Shown: piece by piece, positions 41,104 to 50,628 of the stretch | Position numbering within the stretch: position 1 is the stretch's first letter | Layout: every line of letters begins with the position of its first letter | Origin: Thermodesulfobacteriota bacterium | Lineage (GTDB): Bacteria > Desulfobacterota_D > UBA1144 > Nemesobacterales > JAJCZQ01 | Assembly: GCA_965215275.1 (NCBI GenBank) | Contig: OZ244044.1 | Span: 1,216,001 to 1,280,000, forward strand | Length of the DNA stretch: 64,000 nt | Direction of reading: 5' to 3' | Notes under the pieces: model-generated | Database searches by the model: none | Told to the model about the DNA's origin: nothing | Seen by the model: only the letters and a program-made list of their open reading frames with translations | Made by a program: the position numbers and the translations under genes

Positions 41104-41976
41104 GTGATAAACAGAAATTCAAAATATTTAAAGTATATAGCGTCCGTAGTCTTGTTTTTCTTTTTCTTTACGTTGTTCTTTTATATTTATTTTCCATCCG
41201 ATTCTTTAAAGAAGAGGATAAGTTTGGAGATCAGGGATCGCTTTGGTCTGAGCGTGGATATTGGTACTGTGGATATTTCCCCACTTGCCAATATAAAGAT
41301 AGGGGACCTTCGGCTGACGGATGAGGGGAAAGGAACGGAGAAACCGTTGCTTATTGACGAGATAAAAATATCTCCTTCTTTGTCCTCTTTATTTAGTAAA
41401 GGTAAAAAGGCTTCCTTTATCGCAAAGATCGAAGAAGGCAGTCTTGAAGGTACCGTGGACTACTCCGGTGGTAAAAAGCTGGATTTTTTAGAGGCAAAGC
41501 TGGACAGGGTCGATATCAAGGTCATGGAGAGTTTGTTAAAGAACGTGGAAGACGTTCCAGGTTTTGGCGGGAAGGTAAGTGGAGAGGTTAATGTTTTAAC
41601 TGACCGGAAGGGCTCTGTAAAAGGTGATTTCAGGCTGCGTTCAGACGATCTTTCACTCTCTGGTTTAAAGATCAGGAATTTTTCTTTACCGGACTATAAA
41701 AGTTTGAGATCGGATATCAAGGGCAGGATAAACAGGGGCAGGACATGGATTGATAACCTCCGGATCGAAAGTGAGGACTTTGATCTTGTTCTTGCCGGCA
41801 CGGCACCGCTGCCCTGGAAGATAAAAAAGGGGACTTTGGACCTTTCCGTCAATCTGGAATTAAAAACGGGTTCTAAAATGAAGTTTCTCAAGGCCTTTAT
41901 GAAGGAGGAAGAGGACGGAACCATATCTGCAAAGATCAAAGGACCTTTTAGAAAGATCAGGTTTGAGAAAAATTGA
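41104..41976 (+). CDS. gspN: Type II secretion protein GspN-like (intact copy)
   Basis: N-terminal TM ending YFPSD followed by a beta-rich AsmA-like body; gene context. Confidence 0.7.
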   Translation: MINRNSKYLKYIASVVLFFFFFTLFFYIYFPSDSLKKRISLEIRDRFGLSVDIGTVDISPLANIKIGDLRLTDEGKGTEKPLLIDEIKISPSLSSLFSKGKKASFIAKIEEGSLEGTVDYSGGKKLDFLEAKLDRVDIKVMESLLKNVEDVPGFGGKVSGEVNVLTDRKGSVKGDFRLRSDDLSLSGLKIRNFSLPDYKSLRSDIKGRINRGRTWIDNLRIESEDFDLVLAGTAPLPWKIKKGTLDLSVNLELKTGSKMKFLKAFMKEEEDGTISAKIKGPFRKIRFEKN

Positions 41977-43684
41977 GATTGAATGAAACTTATAAGCAAC
42001 TGGAGAAGTTATGAGCTTGCTAACTGGTGTTGTAATCACTTGTGGGACGATCGAGCTTTTCAAAGTTGCATCCGATTCTTTAAAGAAGAGGATAAGTTTG
42101 GAGATCAGGGATCGCTTTGGTCTGAGCGTGGATATTGGTACTGTGGATATTTCCCCACTTGCCAATATAAAGATAGGGGACCTTCGGCTGACGGATGAGG
42201 GGAAAGGAACGGAGAAACCGTTGCTTATTGACGAGATAAAAATATCTCCTTCTTTGTCCTCTTTATTTAGTAAAGGTAAAAAGGCTTCCTTTATCGCAAA
42301 GATCGAAGAAGGCAGTCTTGAAGGTACCGTGGACTACTCCGGTGGTAAAAAGCTGGATTTTTTAGAGGCAAAGCTGGACAGGGTCGATATCAAGGTCATG
42401 GAGAGTTTGTTAAAGAACGTGGAAGACGTTCCAGGTTTTGGCGGGAAGGTAAGTGGAGAGGTTAATGTTTTAACTGACCGGAAGGGCTCTGTAAAAGGTG
42501 ATTTCAGGCTGCGTTCAGACGATCTTTCACTCTCTGGTTTAAAGATCAGGAATTTTTCTTTACCGGACTATAAAAGTTTGAGATCGGATATCAAGGGCAG
42601 GATAAACAGGGGCAGGACATGGATTGATAACCTCCGGATCGAAAGTGAGGACTTTGATCTTGTTCTTGCCGGCACGGCACCGCTGCCCTGGAAGATAAAA
42701 AAGGGGACTTTGGACCTTTCCGTCAATCTGGAATTAAAAACGGGTTCTAAAATGAAGTTTCTCAAGGCCTTTATGAAGGAGGAAGAGGACGGAACCATAT
42801 CTGCAAAGATCAAAGGACCTTTTAGAAAGATCAGGTTTGAGAAAAATTGAGATTGAATGAAACTTATAAGCAACTGGAGAAGTTATGAGCTTGCTAACTG
42901 GTGTTGTAATCACTTGTGGGACGATCGAGCTTTTCAAAGTTGCATCCGATTCTTTAAAGAAGAGGATAAGTTTGGAGATCAGGGATCGCTTTGGTCTGAG
43001 CGTGGATATTGGTACTGTGGATATTTCCCCACTTGCCAATATAAAGATAGGGGACCTTCGGCTGACGGATGAGGGGAAAGGAACGGAGAAACCGTTGCTT
43101 ATTGACGAGATAAAAATATCTCCTTCTTTGTCCTCTTTATTTAGTAAAGGTAAAAAGGCTTCCTTTATCGCAAAGATCGAAGAAGGCAGTCTTGAAGGTA
43201 CCGTGGACTACTCCGGTGGTAAAAAGCTGGATTTTTTAGAGGCAAAGCTGGACAGGGTCGATATCAAGGTCATGGAGAGTTTGTTAAAGAACGTGGAAGA
43301 CGTTCCAGGTTTTGGCGGGAAGGTAAGTGGAGAGGTTAATGTTTTAACTGACCGGAAGGGCTCTGTAAAAGGTGATTTCAGGCTGCGTTCAGACGATCTT
43401 TCACTCTCTGGTTTAAAGATCAGGAATTTTTCTTTACCGGACTATAAAAGTTTGAGATCGGATATCAAGGGCAGGATAAACAGGGGCAGGACATGGATTG
43501 ATAACCTCCGGATCGAAAGTGAGGACTTTGATCTTGTTCTTGCCGGCACGGCACCGCTGCCCTGGAAGATAAAAAAGGGGACTTTGGACCTTTCCGTCAA
43601 TCTGGAATTAAAAACGGGTTCTAAAATGAAGTTTCTCAAGGCCTTTATGAAGGAGGAAGAGGACGGAACCATATCTGCAAAGAT
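41195..43684 (+). repeat. Tandem direct repeat, 874-bp period, about 2.85 copies
   Basis: Units start with CATCCGATTCTTTAAAG at 41195, 42069 and 42943; translations are identical in all ORF-track frames. Confidence 0.97.
42011..42850 (+). CDS. GspN-like duplicate with replaced N-terminus
   Basis: MSLLTGVVITCGTIELFKVA fused in frame to the repeated body; may be an assembly artefact. Confidence 0.45.
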   Translation: MSLLTGVVITCGTIELFKVASDSLKKRISLEIRDRFGLSVDIGTVDISPLANIKIGDLRLTDEGKGTEKPLLIDEIKISPSLSSLFSKGKKASFIAKIEEGSLEGTVDYSGGKKLDFLEAKLDRVDIKVMESLLKNVEDVPGFGGKVSGEVNVLTDRKGSVKGDFRLRSDDLSLSGLKIRNFSLPDYKSLRSDIKGRINRGRTWIDNLRIESEDFDLVLAGTAPLPWKIKKGTLDLSVNLELKTGSKMKFLKAFMKEEEDGTISAKIKGPFRKIRFEKN

Positions 43685-43736
43685 TAAACTTGCATCCGAG
43701 ATAGAAAAATTAGAGAACAATAACAGACGAGCTTAG
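42885..43736 (+). CDS. GspN-like duplicate with replaced N- and C-termini
   Basis: As above but ends KLASEIEKLENNNRRA; may be an assembly artefact. Confidence 0.4.
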   Translation: MSLLTGVVITCGTIELFKVASDSLKKRISLEIRDRFGLSVDIGTVDISPLANIKIGDLRLTDEGKGTEKPLLIDEIKISPSLSSLFSKGKKASFIAKIEEGSLEGTVDYSGGKKLDFLEAKLDRVDIKVMESLLKNVEDVPGFGGKVSGEVNVLTDRKGSVKGDFRLRSDDLSLSGLKIRNFSLPDYKSLRSDIKGRINRGRTWIDNLRIESEDFDLVLAGTAPLPWKIKKGTLDLSVNLELKTGSKMKFLKAFMKEEEDGTISAKIKLASEIEKLENNNRRA

Positions 43737-43866
43737 GAAAGTGAAACATTACTGTGCCACTGACACTTCAGCAGGCAATTGACCGTATTAACAGATATGT
43801 TCTTTCATTAAAAACTGAGCAATTTTGTTATTTAAGTTTTTATAATTTATTTTTAAGTGTTCAGAT

Positions 43867-44952
43867 ATGAAAACTTCTAAGATTTTAGACAAGTTGAGAG
43901 GTCAGATAGATGATATTGACCGACAGGTCCTGGAGCTGGTCAGTGAAAGAGGAAAAGTGGCTCTTAAAGTATCAGAGCATAAACAGAAGAACTCATTAAG
44001 GATATATGATCCTTCCAGGGAAAAAGAGATAGAGAAAAAACTCCTTGAGACCAATTCAGGGCCTCTTTCGGACGAATATATAATATCTATATTCAGACAG
44101 ATCATTTCAGGTTGCAGAAGTTTACAAGGGTCGACAAAAGTTGGTTATTTAGGACCTCAGGGAAGTTTTTCAAGCCAGGCTGCGTTCCATAAATTTGGGG
44201 AATCCGCTGAGATCATACCTTTTGGAAATCTCGAAGATATTTTTGAAGAGGTAAGTGCCAAGAGGCTTGAGTTCGGGATCATACCAGTGGAAAATTCCGT
44301 TGAAGGGTCCATTGGCAGCGTTCTTGATATCCTTCTTTCCTGGGATCTGATAATAACTTCGGAACATTATGAAAGAATAAGGCATTTTGTTCTCTCAAAG
44401 ACCGGCCGGATGAACGACATAAAGGTCCTTGCCTCTCATCCGCAGGCTTTTGGACAGTGCAGGAACTGGATAGGGAGAAATTTGAAAAACGTTGAACTCC
44501 TTGAAACCTCAAGCACCGCGGCCGCGGCAAAAATTGCCTCAGAAGATCAAAAAGTAGCCGCTATTGCCAGCGACCATGCCGCCTCTATTTACGGCCTAAA
44601 GACCGTTCAGTCCTATATTGAGGACGACGCTAAGAACACGACGAGATTTTTAATAATGGGCCATGAAGAGACCTCGATCACCGGGGAGGATAAAACCTCC
44701 GTTGTTTTCTCTCTCAAGGACGAGCCCGGCACGCTTCACAAATCGTTTTTTCTCCCGTTTGCGAAAGAGGACGTGAATCTTTCCAAAATCGAATCAAGAC
44801 CAAGTAAGGACAGGGCATGGGAATATGTTTTTTTTGTTGACTTTATTGGTCATCACAAGGAGAAAAAGATAGCAAAACTGATACAAAGAGTGGAAAAAAA
44901 CTGTATCTTTTTGAAAATTTTAGGGTCTTACCCGATTGGAAAGATCAGTTAG
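43867..44952 (+). CDS. pheA: Chorismate mutase/prephenate dehydratase (P-protein)
   Basis: LRGQIDDID, YLGPQGSFS, PVENSVEG, NTTRF, KIESRP. Confidence 0.96.
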   Translation: MKTSKILDKLRGQIDDIDRQVLELVSERGKVALKVSEHKQKNSLRIYDPSREKEIEKKLLETNSGPLSDEYIISIFRQIISGCRSLQGSTKVGYLGPQGSFSSQAAFHKFGESAEIIPFGNLEDIFEEVSAKRLEFGIIPVENSVEGSIGSVLDILLSWDLIITSEHYERIRHFVLSKTGRMNDIKVLASHPQAFGQCRNWIGRNLKNVELLETSSTAAAAKIASEDQKVAAIASDHAASIYGLKTVQSYIEDDAKNTTRFLIMGHEETSITGEDKTSVVFSLKDEPGTLHKSFFLPFAKEDVNLSKIESRPSKDRAWEYVFFVDFIGHHKEKKIAKLIQRVEKNCIFLKILGSYPIGKIS

Positions 44953-44959
44953 GGATCTT

Positions 44960-46045
44960 ATGCAGCCTCTTGACCAAGTCAAAAAATTAGTTCCCTACCT
45001 GCCTGGAAAACCGGTCGAGGAAGTGGAACGCGAGTTCGGAATTAAAAACTCGATCAAACTTGCTTCTAATGAAAATCCCTTGGGTCCTTCAAGACTGGCA
45101 ATGAAAGCCATTGAAGATATGGTCGGTCAGGTGCACCGTTACCCTGATGGGGGCTGTTTTTATCTAAAGAGAAAAATAGCTTCGTTTTTAGAGGTGAAAG
45201 AGAAGAATTTGATAATCGGCAATGGTTCCAACGATCTGCTGGAGTTGATAGCCAGGACGTACCTTTCCCAAAACGATGAAGCGATCTATGGAGAGTATGC
45301 ATTTATCGTTTATCCCATTGTAGTGCAGTCGGTCGGGGCCAGACACGTCATTTCTCCCATGCCGGAATTAGTTCATGATCTGAAGGACTTTTCCTCAAGG
45401 GTTACGGACAGAACAAAGATCATATTTCTTGCCAACCCTAATAATCCGACTGGAACCATTTTCAGAAAAGCGGATTTTGAGAGCTTTTTATCCGTTGTCC
45501 CGGACAGTGTCCTTATAGTTGTTGATGAGGCGTATTTCGAGTACGTTAACGATGAAAGTTACCCGGACACTCTTCAATATCACGGCAATTTCCCCAATTT
45601 GATCACGATCAGGACCTTCTCCAAGATCTACGGTCTTGCAGGGCTTCGCATTGGATATGCCGTGGCCTCGGAAAGTGTCACAACTTACGTTAACAGGGTC
45701 AGACAACCCTTTAACGTGAACTCTGTTGCTCAGACAGCGGCACTTGCAGCAATAGACGACAGCGACCACCTGGCGTACACCAAAGAGGTCAATGAAACCG
45801 GAATGGAATTTTTAGAAAAAGGCTTTGATGATCTGGGAATTAAATTTATAAGGTCCTGTACGAACTTTATTCTGATAGACCTTCAGCAGGATGTTATGCC
45901 GGTCTACCATGAGTTATTAAAAGAGGGTGTAATTGTCAGACCCGTGGGAGGTTATGGATTAAAGTCCCATTTAAGAGTGACGATCGGAACTGAAAGGGAA
46001 AACAGGAAAGTGATAAGATCTTTTAAAAAGGTTCTGGGTAAATGA
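44960..46045 (+). CDS. hisC: Histidinol-phosphate aminotransferase
   Basis: KLASNENP, NPNNPTG, DEAY, RTFSKIYGLAGLRIGY. Confidence 0.95.
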   Translation: MQPLDQVKKLVPYLPGKPVEEVEREFGIKNSIKLASNENPLGPSRLAMKAIEDMVGQVHRYPDGGCFYLKRKIASFLEVKEKNLIIGNGSNDLLELIARTYLSQNDEAIYGEYAFIVYPIVVQSVGARHVISPMPELVHDLKDFSSRVTDRTKIIFLANPNNPTGTIFRKADFESFLSVVPDSVLIVVDEAYFEYVNDESYPDTLQYHGNFPNLITIRTFSKIYGLAGLRIGYAVASESVTTYVNRVRQPFNVNSVAQTAALAAIDDSDHLAYTKEVNETGMEFLEKGFDDLGIKFIRSCTNFILIDLQQDVMPVYHELLKEGVIVRPVGGYGLKSHLRVTIGTERENRKVIRSFKKVLGK

Positions 46046-46932
46046 AAATCGACTCGGTAGCCGTTATAGGGATCGGATTGATCGGCGGTTCGGTGTGCAG
46101 AGCGGTGAAAAAGTTCGAAGTTGCCCGCGAGGTCATCGGGATAGACCCTGACGAAAGGGTTCTGCGATTTGCTGCTGCAGAAGGAGTGGTCGATAAGGCA
46201 TTAGTGGAACCGGGCGGCGTGATCGATTCCGAGGTCGTGGTAATTGCAACTTACGTTGACACCATTTCTGATGTTGTTGAAAAAATACTGCCATATCTGA
46301 AGGAAGGTTGCCTGATAACCGACGTTGGAAGCGTTAAATCAGCCGTTGTAAGCGGGGTAAGCAAGGTATTGAACGACAAGGTTTTTTTTATTGGTTCCCA
46401 TCCGATCGCGGGAAAGGAACACTCGGGAATAAAGAACTCCACTCCTGATCTTTTTAATGGGAAAAAAGTGATCGTTACTCCCACGAACGACAGTAATGAA
46501 GCAGCCCTGGAAAAAATAACTGATTTTTGGGTGTCGCTCGGGGCGGAAGTCGTTAATCTTGCACCAGAGTTTCACGACAGGATATTTGCTTACGTGAGCC
46601 ATTTACCTCATTTAGTTGCCTACTCGCTCGTAAATTCCGTTTCTTCTGCCAACATAGATAATATTTTCAGTTACTCCGGGGGTGGATTGAAGGACTATAC
46701 GAGGATATCGGCAAGTTCTCCGGAGATGTGGAAAACGATTTTCTTGCAGAATAAGCGGTATATCCTTGAAAGCATGGAAGCATTTAAAATTAATATGAAG
46801 AGATTAGAGTCTGCAGTTAAGAACGAGGATATAGACGAGTTAATGCAGATCCTTGAAAATGCGGAAAACGTCCAGAGAACGGAGTCTGCTGAAACAAAAC
46901 CTTTTAATCAGGGTTGTAACGATCATGAGTAA
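46042..46932 (+). CDS. tyrA: Prephenate/arogenate dehydrogenase
   Basis: [31 protein letters not shown]. Confidence 0.93.
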   Translation: MKIDSVAVIGIGLIGGSVCRAVKKFEVAREVIGIDPDERVLRFAAAEGVVDKALVEPGGVIDSEVVVIATYVDTISDVVEKILPYLKEGCLITDVGSVKSAVVSGVSKVLNDKVFFIGSHPIAGKEHSGIKNSTPDLFNGKKVIVTPTNDSNEAALEKITDFWVSLGAEVVNLAPEFHDRIFAYVSHLPHLVAYSLVNSVSSANIDNIFSYSGGGLKDYTRISASSPEMWKTIFLQNKRYILESMEAFKINMKRLESAVKNEDIDELMQILENAENVQRTESAETKPFNQGCNDHE

Positions 46933-47332
46933 GATCAAGAAGACAGATAAGGAATGGAAAGAGCGACTTACCGATGAGCAGTACACGGTTACACGGGAGA
47001 AAGGCACCGAAAGACCTTTCACAGGCAAGTACCACGACAACAAAAAAGAGGGATTATATAAATGTATATGTTGTGGTACCGACCTTTTTCGTTCAGATGC
47101 TAAATTTGATTCTGGTACCGGATGGCCGAGTTTTTATAAACCTTTCAGGAAAGACAACGTTAAAACCGAGGTCGACCGAAGTTATGGGATGATCAGGACC
47201 GAAGTGGTCTGTTCCAGGTGTGAGGCTCATCTTGGACACGTTTTTCCCGATGGTCCTGAACCGACCGGCATGAGGTTTTGTATCAATTCCTGCTCATTGG
47301 ACTTTTACGAGGAAAAAATTGAGACAAAGTAG
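46925..47332 (+). CDS. msrB: Methionine-R-sulfoxide reductase
   Basis: [30 protein letters not shown]. Start moved to MSKIKK. Confidence 0.96.
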   Translation: MSKIKKTDKEWKERLTDEQYTVTREKGTERPFTGKYHDNKKEGLYKCICCGTDLFRSDAKFDSGTGWPSFYKPFRKDNVKTEVDRSYGMIRTEVVCSRCEAHLGHVFPDGPEPTGMRFCINSCSLDFYEEKIETK

Positions 47333-48080
47333 AGCAGAGGTCGCCGATAGGGTAGCATGTCTGATAAAAAGCAGTGAAAACTCCGCGGCACTTACCGGAG
47401 CTGGGATCAGTACGGAATCCGGTATACCTGACTACCGCACTCCTGGAAAAGGTCTTTGGGAGAAAATGGATATGTCCGTGGTCTCTTTAGATGGATTTTT
47501 GGAGGACCCGTCCAGATATTACGACTATTGTAAGAAACTTTACAGAATAAGGAGCCAGGCCGTTCCGAACGCGGCGCATATTCTGCTGTCAGAGATGGAG
47601 AAAAAAGGTTTTATCAAAGGTATTGTGACCCAGAACGTTGATGGACTTCACGGTTTGGCCGGTTCTAGGAACGTTCACGAACTGCACGGTTCGCTCAGTC
47701 TTGTAGTATGCATGGACTGTAAAACATTATCTTCTATGAAAGATGCAATGAAAAAAGTATTTGACGGGCAAAATCCGCCGCTTTGTGAGGATTGCGGTGG
47801 TGTTTTGAAACCGAATGCCGTCTTTTTTGGTGAGGCGCTGCCCAGGGTTCCATGGGAAGAATCCGTTAAACTCGTGGAAACATGTGATCTTTTGCTGATA
47901 ATGGGGTCGTCCCTGCAAGTGTCCCCGGTCAGTTATCTTCCTGATATTACCTTAAAAAGGGATGGAAAACTTATAATTATGAATCTTATGCCGACTCCAT
48001 ATGATGACGATGCAGAGGTTGTGGTGCGGGAAAAAATTGCTGAATTTGCCGGTATTTTGGCGGAAAAGCTGTCGATTTAA
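47319..48080 (+). CDS. cobB: NAD-dependent deacylase (sirtuin)
   Basis: [27 protein letters not shown], two CxxC motifs, FFGE. Confidence 0.93.
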   Translation: MRQSRAEVADRVACLIKSSENSAALTGAGISTESGIPDYRTPGKGLWEKMDMSVVSLDGFLEDPSRYYDYCKKLYRIRSQAVPNAAHILLSEMEKKGFIKGIVTQNVDGLHGLAGSRNVHELHGSLSLVVCMDCKTLSSMKDAMKKVFDGQNPPLCEDCGGVLKPNAVFFGEALPRVPWEESVKLVETCDLLLIMGSSLQVSPVSYLPDITLKRDGKLIIMNLMPTPYDDDAEVVVREKIAEFAGILAEKLSI

Positions 48081-48119
48081 GTAATTTATTTCACAATTTT
48101 TATTTTTTTAAAAAAACTC

Positions 48120-48149
48120 TTGACATCGATAGTGGTTCTTTGATATAAA
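48120..48149 (+). promoter_or_regulatory. Sigma70-type promoter of the ADC-like operon
   Basis: TTGACA (48120-48125), 18-bp spacer, extended -10 TGaTATAAA. Confidence 0.65.
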
Positions 48150-48268
48150 TTTTAGCAAGGTGAGGAAAAAAATAGATAGAGTTAATTAGCTCTACCTTAA
48201 ATTATGATTTTCCTCTTCATAGGATTGGAGACAGTCCGTAAAAATCTTTTTTAAGGAGGGTATTAAAT

Positions 48269-49246
48269 ATGCCTAGTCATTTAAATGTTCCTAGCAAATA
48301 CTGGGAACTCACAAAGGAGGTTCCACCACCTCCAATAGAGAGAGACATCAAGTCATGGATTATAGCTAATCCTTCAGATCCTCTATGGGATATTGATGTT
48401 CTGCCTCTGACTTACACTGACAGCCGTTGGTCTGCCTTTGTAGTAAGGTGTGACGAAGCTACCAGGCAGCGTCTTTGCCCAAACCCACCTCTTACCGTAT
48501 GGGATGGAGAGGATGCTGATTTGGTTGAGTACTGGTATGTTGACCACAAAAACACTATGCTTGGTCCATACTTGGAATTCGGTGTAACCGTTTCTGCTAC
48601 ATATAAAGATCCAAATGGTAATGTTTACAAGGCTGGTTACTATCCCTATATGTATCTTACGGGGGATGCTCCGGTTGATGCTGGTCGTGTTCTTGGTTTT
48701 CCAAAGAAAATGTCCTATATAAGATGTTCCGTTCATGGCGGAGAGAAAGGTACTGATTTCTTTGGTTTTGCCATGTCACGTAATGGATATTTGATGCACA
48801 GTGCAACTGGTAAGTTTGATGATAAAGAAGTTAAGCCACCTTTCTTCTATGGCAAGACGGACTGGGGTAAGTTCAACATGAAAGTTATCACCAGGCCTGA
48901 TGTTTCAAGTTCTGAGTGGCAGTTAACCTATCTTCCATCAGCATTGCCACCGCCGTTTGACTCAATGATCCAAGGGCACAGGTTTAAAATTAAACCAGAG
49001 CACACAAGAACAGCTTCCGGCGATGCAATTAACTGGTTTGCACAAGCTACTCCTTTTGACAACATGGGAGCGGAAGTCAAGATTCAGGAAGTTACAGGTC
49101 TTATTTCTTTTGTATTTGACCTCGTTATTCCGCCTGCTGAAGTTCTTTGGACTGAAACATATGAACGTCCTGCAAGCTACAGAGGGTATGCTACTCCATA
49201 TAAATATGGATTGCGTCAGCAGTTCCCGATCAGTCAGGGTTCATAA
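48269..49246 (+). CDS. Acetoacetate decarboxylase-like superfamily protein, paralog 1
   Basis: GPYLEFGV, PYMYL, AGRVLGFPKK (Schiff-base Lys motif); SD AAGGAGG. Confidence 0.8.
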   Translation: MPSHLNVPSKYWELTKEVPPPPIERDIKSWIIANPSDPLWDIDVLPLTYTDSRWSAFVVRCDEATRQRLCPNPPLTVWDGEDADLVEYWYVDHKNTMLGPYLEFGVTVSATYKDPNGNVYKAGYYPYMYLTGDAPVDAGRVLGFPKKMSYIRCSVHGGEKGTDFFGFAMSRNGYLMHSATGKFDDKEVKPPFFYGKTDWGKFNMKVITRPDVSSSEWQLTYLPSALPPPFDSMIQGHRFKIKPEHTRTASGDAINWFAQATPFDNMGAEVKIQEVTGLISFVFDLVIPPAEVLWTETYERPASYRGYATPYKYGLRQQFPISQGS

Positions 49247-49302
49247 GAACTTTAGTTTTATGTTTTGTTGTTGAATAAAAAATTTATTTAGGAGGTATTA
49301 CA

Positions 49303-50274
49303 ATGGGTTTACAAGCAAATGAATACAGCTACCCTTGGTTAGATGAAGGTGAAGTTCCTCCATTACCTTTGGACAGGGACAGGATCCACATCATCTCACA
49401 AGGTGTTGCTGACCCAGTTTTTGATTATGATATTATTCCTCTGACATATACGGAAAGCCGCTGGATGGCTTACTGTATCCGTGCAGATGAAAACGATATG
49501 AAAGCAATCGTTCCGGAACCGATTCAGGTCACTGACGATGTAATTGAGTTCTGGTACGTTATCCACAAAAACACAATGTTAGGACCATACATGGAGTTTG
49601 GTGTAACTTTTTCAGCTACGGTTGATTCTGGTGATGGCCAGATATACAAAGCTGGTTACTATCCTTACATGTATCTTTCAAATGACTCCCCGATTTTTGC
49701 TGGGAAGGAGCCATTTGGATTTCCTAAAAAAGCTGCTTACATTGCTGGTTTTGAGCATGGGACGAACAATAACTACTTCAACCATCTTATGGAACGTCGT
49801 GGTTATATTCTCCATACTGCGAACGGTCGTTATTCAGATAAACCACTTTCCGTCAGACCAACTTTTTATGGTAAGACAGACTGGGGTCGTATGAACTACA
49901 GGATCACGACAAGACCTGACGTGTCAAATAGTATCCATGAGGTTACTTATCTTCCGTCAGAACTTCCACCGGGATTCGGCACAGGCCACCGCTTCCAGTT
50001 GGATCCAAGCAGCATTCGCACGGCTGTTGGTAGCGATATTCGTTCTTGGTATATGTCTGGTACACCTTTTGATTTCATGGGTGGACAGATTCCTGCCAAA
50101 GAGATCGTTGGTCTGATCAGCTTTACGTTTAACCTGATCATTCCACCAGCTCAGACGATATGGACCAAGACTGTGGAAAGAGGTACTGATGATATGGGTC
50201 ATGTCGTTTACTCAACACCATTTGAGTACACCATGAGACATCGCTTCTTACTGCCTCAGTACAGCCAGTGTTAG
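49303..50274 (+). CDS. Acetoacetate decarboxylase-like superfamily protein, paralog 2
   Basis: GPYMEFGV, AGKEPFGFPKK; colinear with paralog 1; SD AGGAGGT. Confidence 0.8.
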   Translation: MGLQANEYSYPWLDEGEVPPLPLDRDRIHIISQGVADPVFDYDIIPLTYTESRWMAYCIRADENDMKAIVPEPIQVTDDVIEFWYVIHKNTMLGPYMEFGVTFSATVDSGDGQIYKAGYYPYMYLSNDSPIFAGKEPFGFPKKAAYIAGFEHGTNNNYFNHLMERRGYILHTANGRYSDKPLSVRPTFYGKTDWGRMNYRITTRPDVSNSIHEVTYLPSELPPGFGTGHRFQLDPSSIRTAVGSDIRSWYMSGTPFDFMGGQIPAKEIVGLISFTFNLIIPPAQTIWTKTVERGTDDMGHVVYSTPFEYTMRHRFLLPQYSQC

Positions 50275-50311
50275 TAAATTAGGTTGGAAACAATCGTTTA
50301 AAAAACGAGAG

Positions 50312-50344
50312 AAAAAGGGTTGCTTAACTGCAACCCTTTTTTTT
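50312..50344 (+). terminator. Rho-independent terminator (potentially bidirectional)
   Basis: AAAAAGGGTTGC-ttaact-GCAACCCTTTTTTTT. Confidence 0.9.
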
Positions 50345-50377
50345 ATACTTAATTTTTTATTAGAGGGAGCGTTCGTT

Positions 50378-50590
50378 GTGAAATACAAACAGTATAAGGT
50401 TGTGGAAATTCACGAAGGGGTTTTAGGGACCTTGTTGCTTGGCTCTTCAAAGCTGCCAGTTAAAGAGATAGAAAAGGAGATCAACAAATATGCTGCCGAT
50501 GGCTGGAACGTAGTGTTTCAGGTAATTGAATCTAAAAGGGTTTTCTTGTTTTGGCAAAGAGAATCAATGATCCTCACTTTGGGTAAGTGA
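50378..50590 (+). CDS. DUF4177 family small protein
   Basis: QYKVV, INKYAADGWNVV pattern. Confidence 0.8.
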   Translation: MKYKQYKVVEIHEGVLGTLLLGSSKLPVKEIEKEINKYAADGWNVVFQVIESKRVFLFWQRESMILTLGK

Positions 50591-50628
50591 TTCACGTATG
50601 AACTATGGAAAAACCTTCTACCTGTTTT

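Noticed and set aside
41983..43072. Repeated 71-aa ORF MKLISNWRSY... and antisense 101-aa ORFs
   Set aside because: By-products of the 874-bp repeat junctions, overlapping the gspN frame.
41195..43684. CRISPR array or insertion-sequence explanation for the repeat
   Set aside because: No short repeat-spacer pattern, terminal inverted repeats or transposase; the unit is most of gspN plus downstream DNA.
43737..43866. Possible ncRNA or attenuator upstream of pheA
   Set aside because: No convincing stem, leader peptide or known motif.
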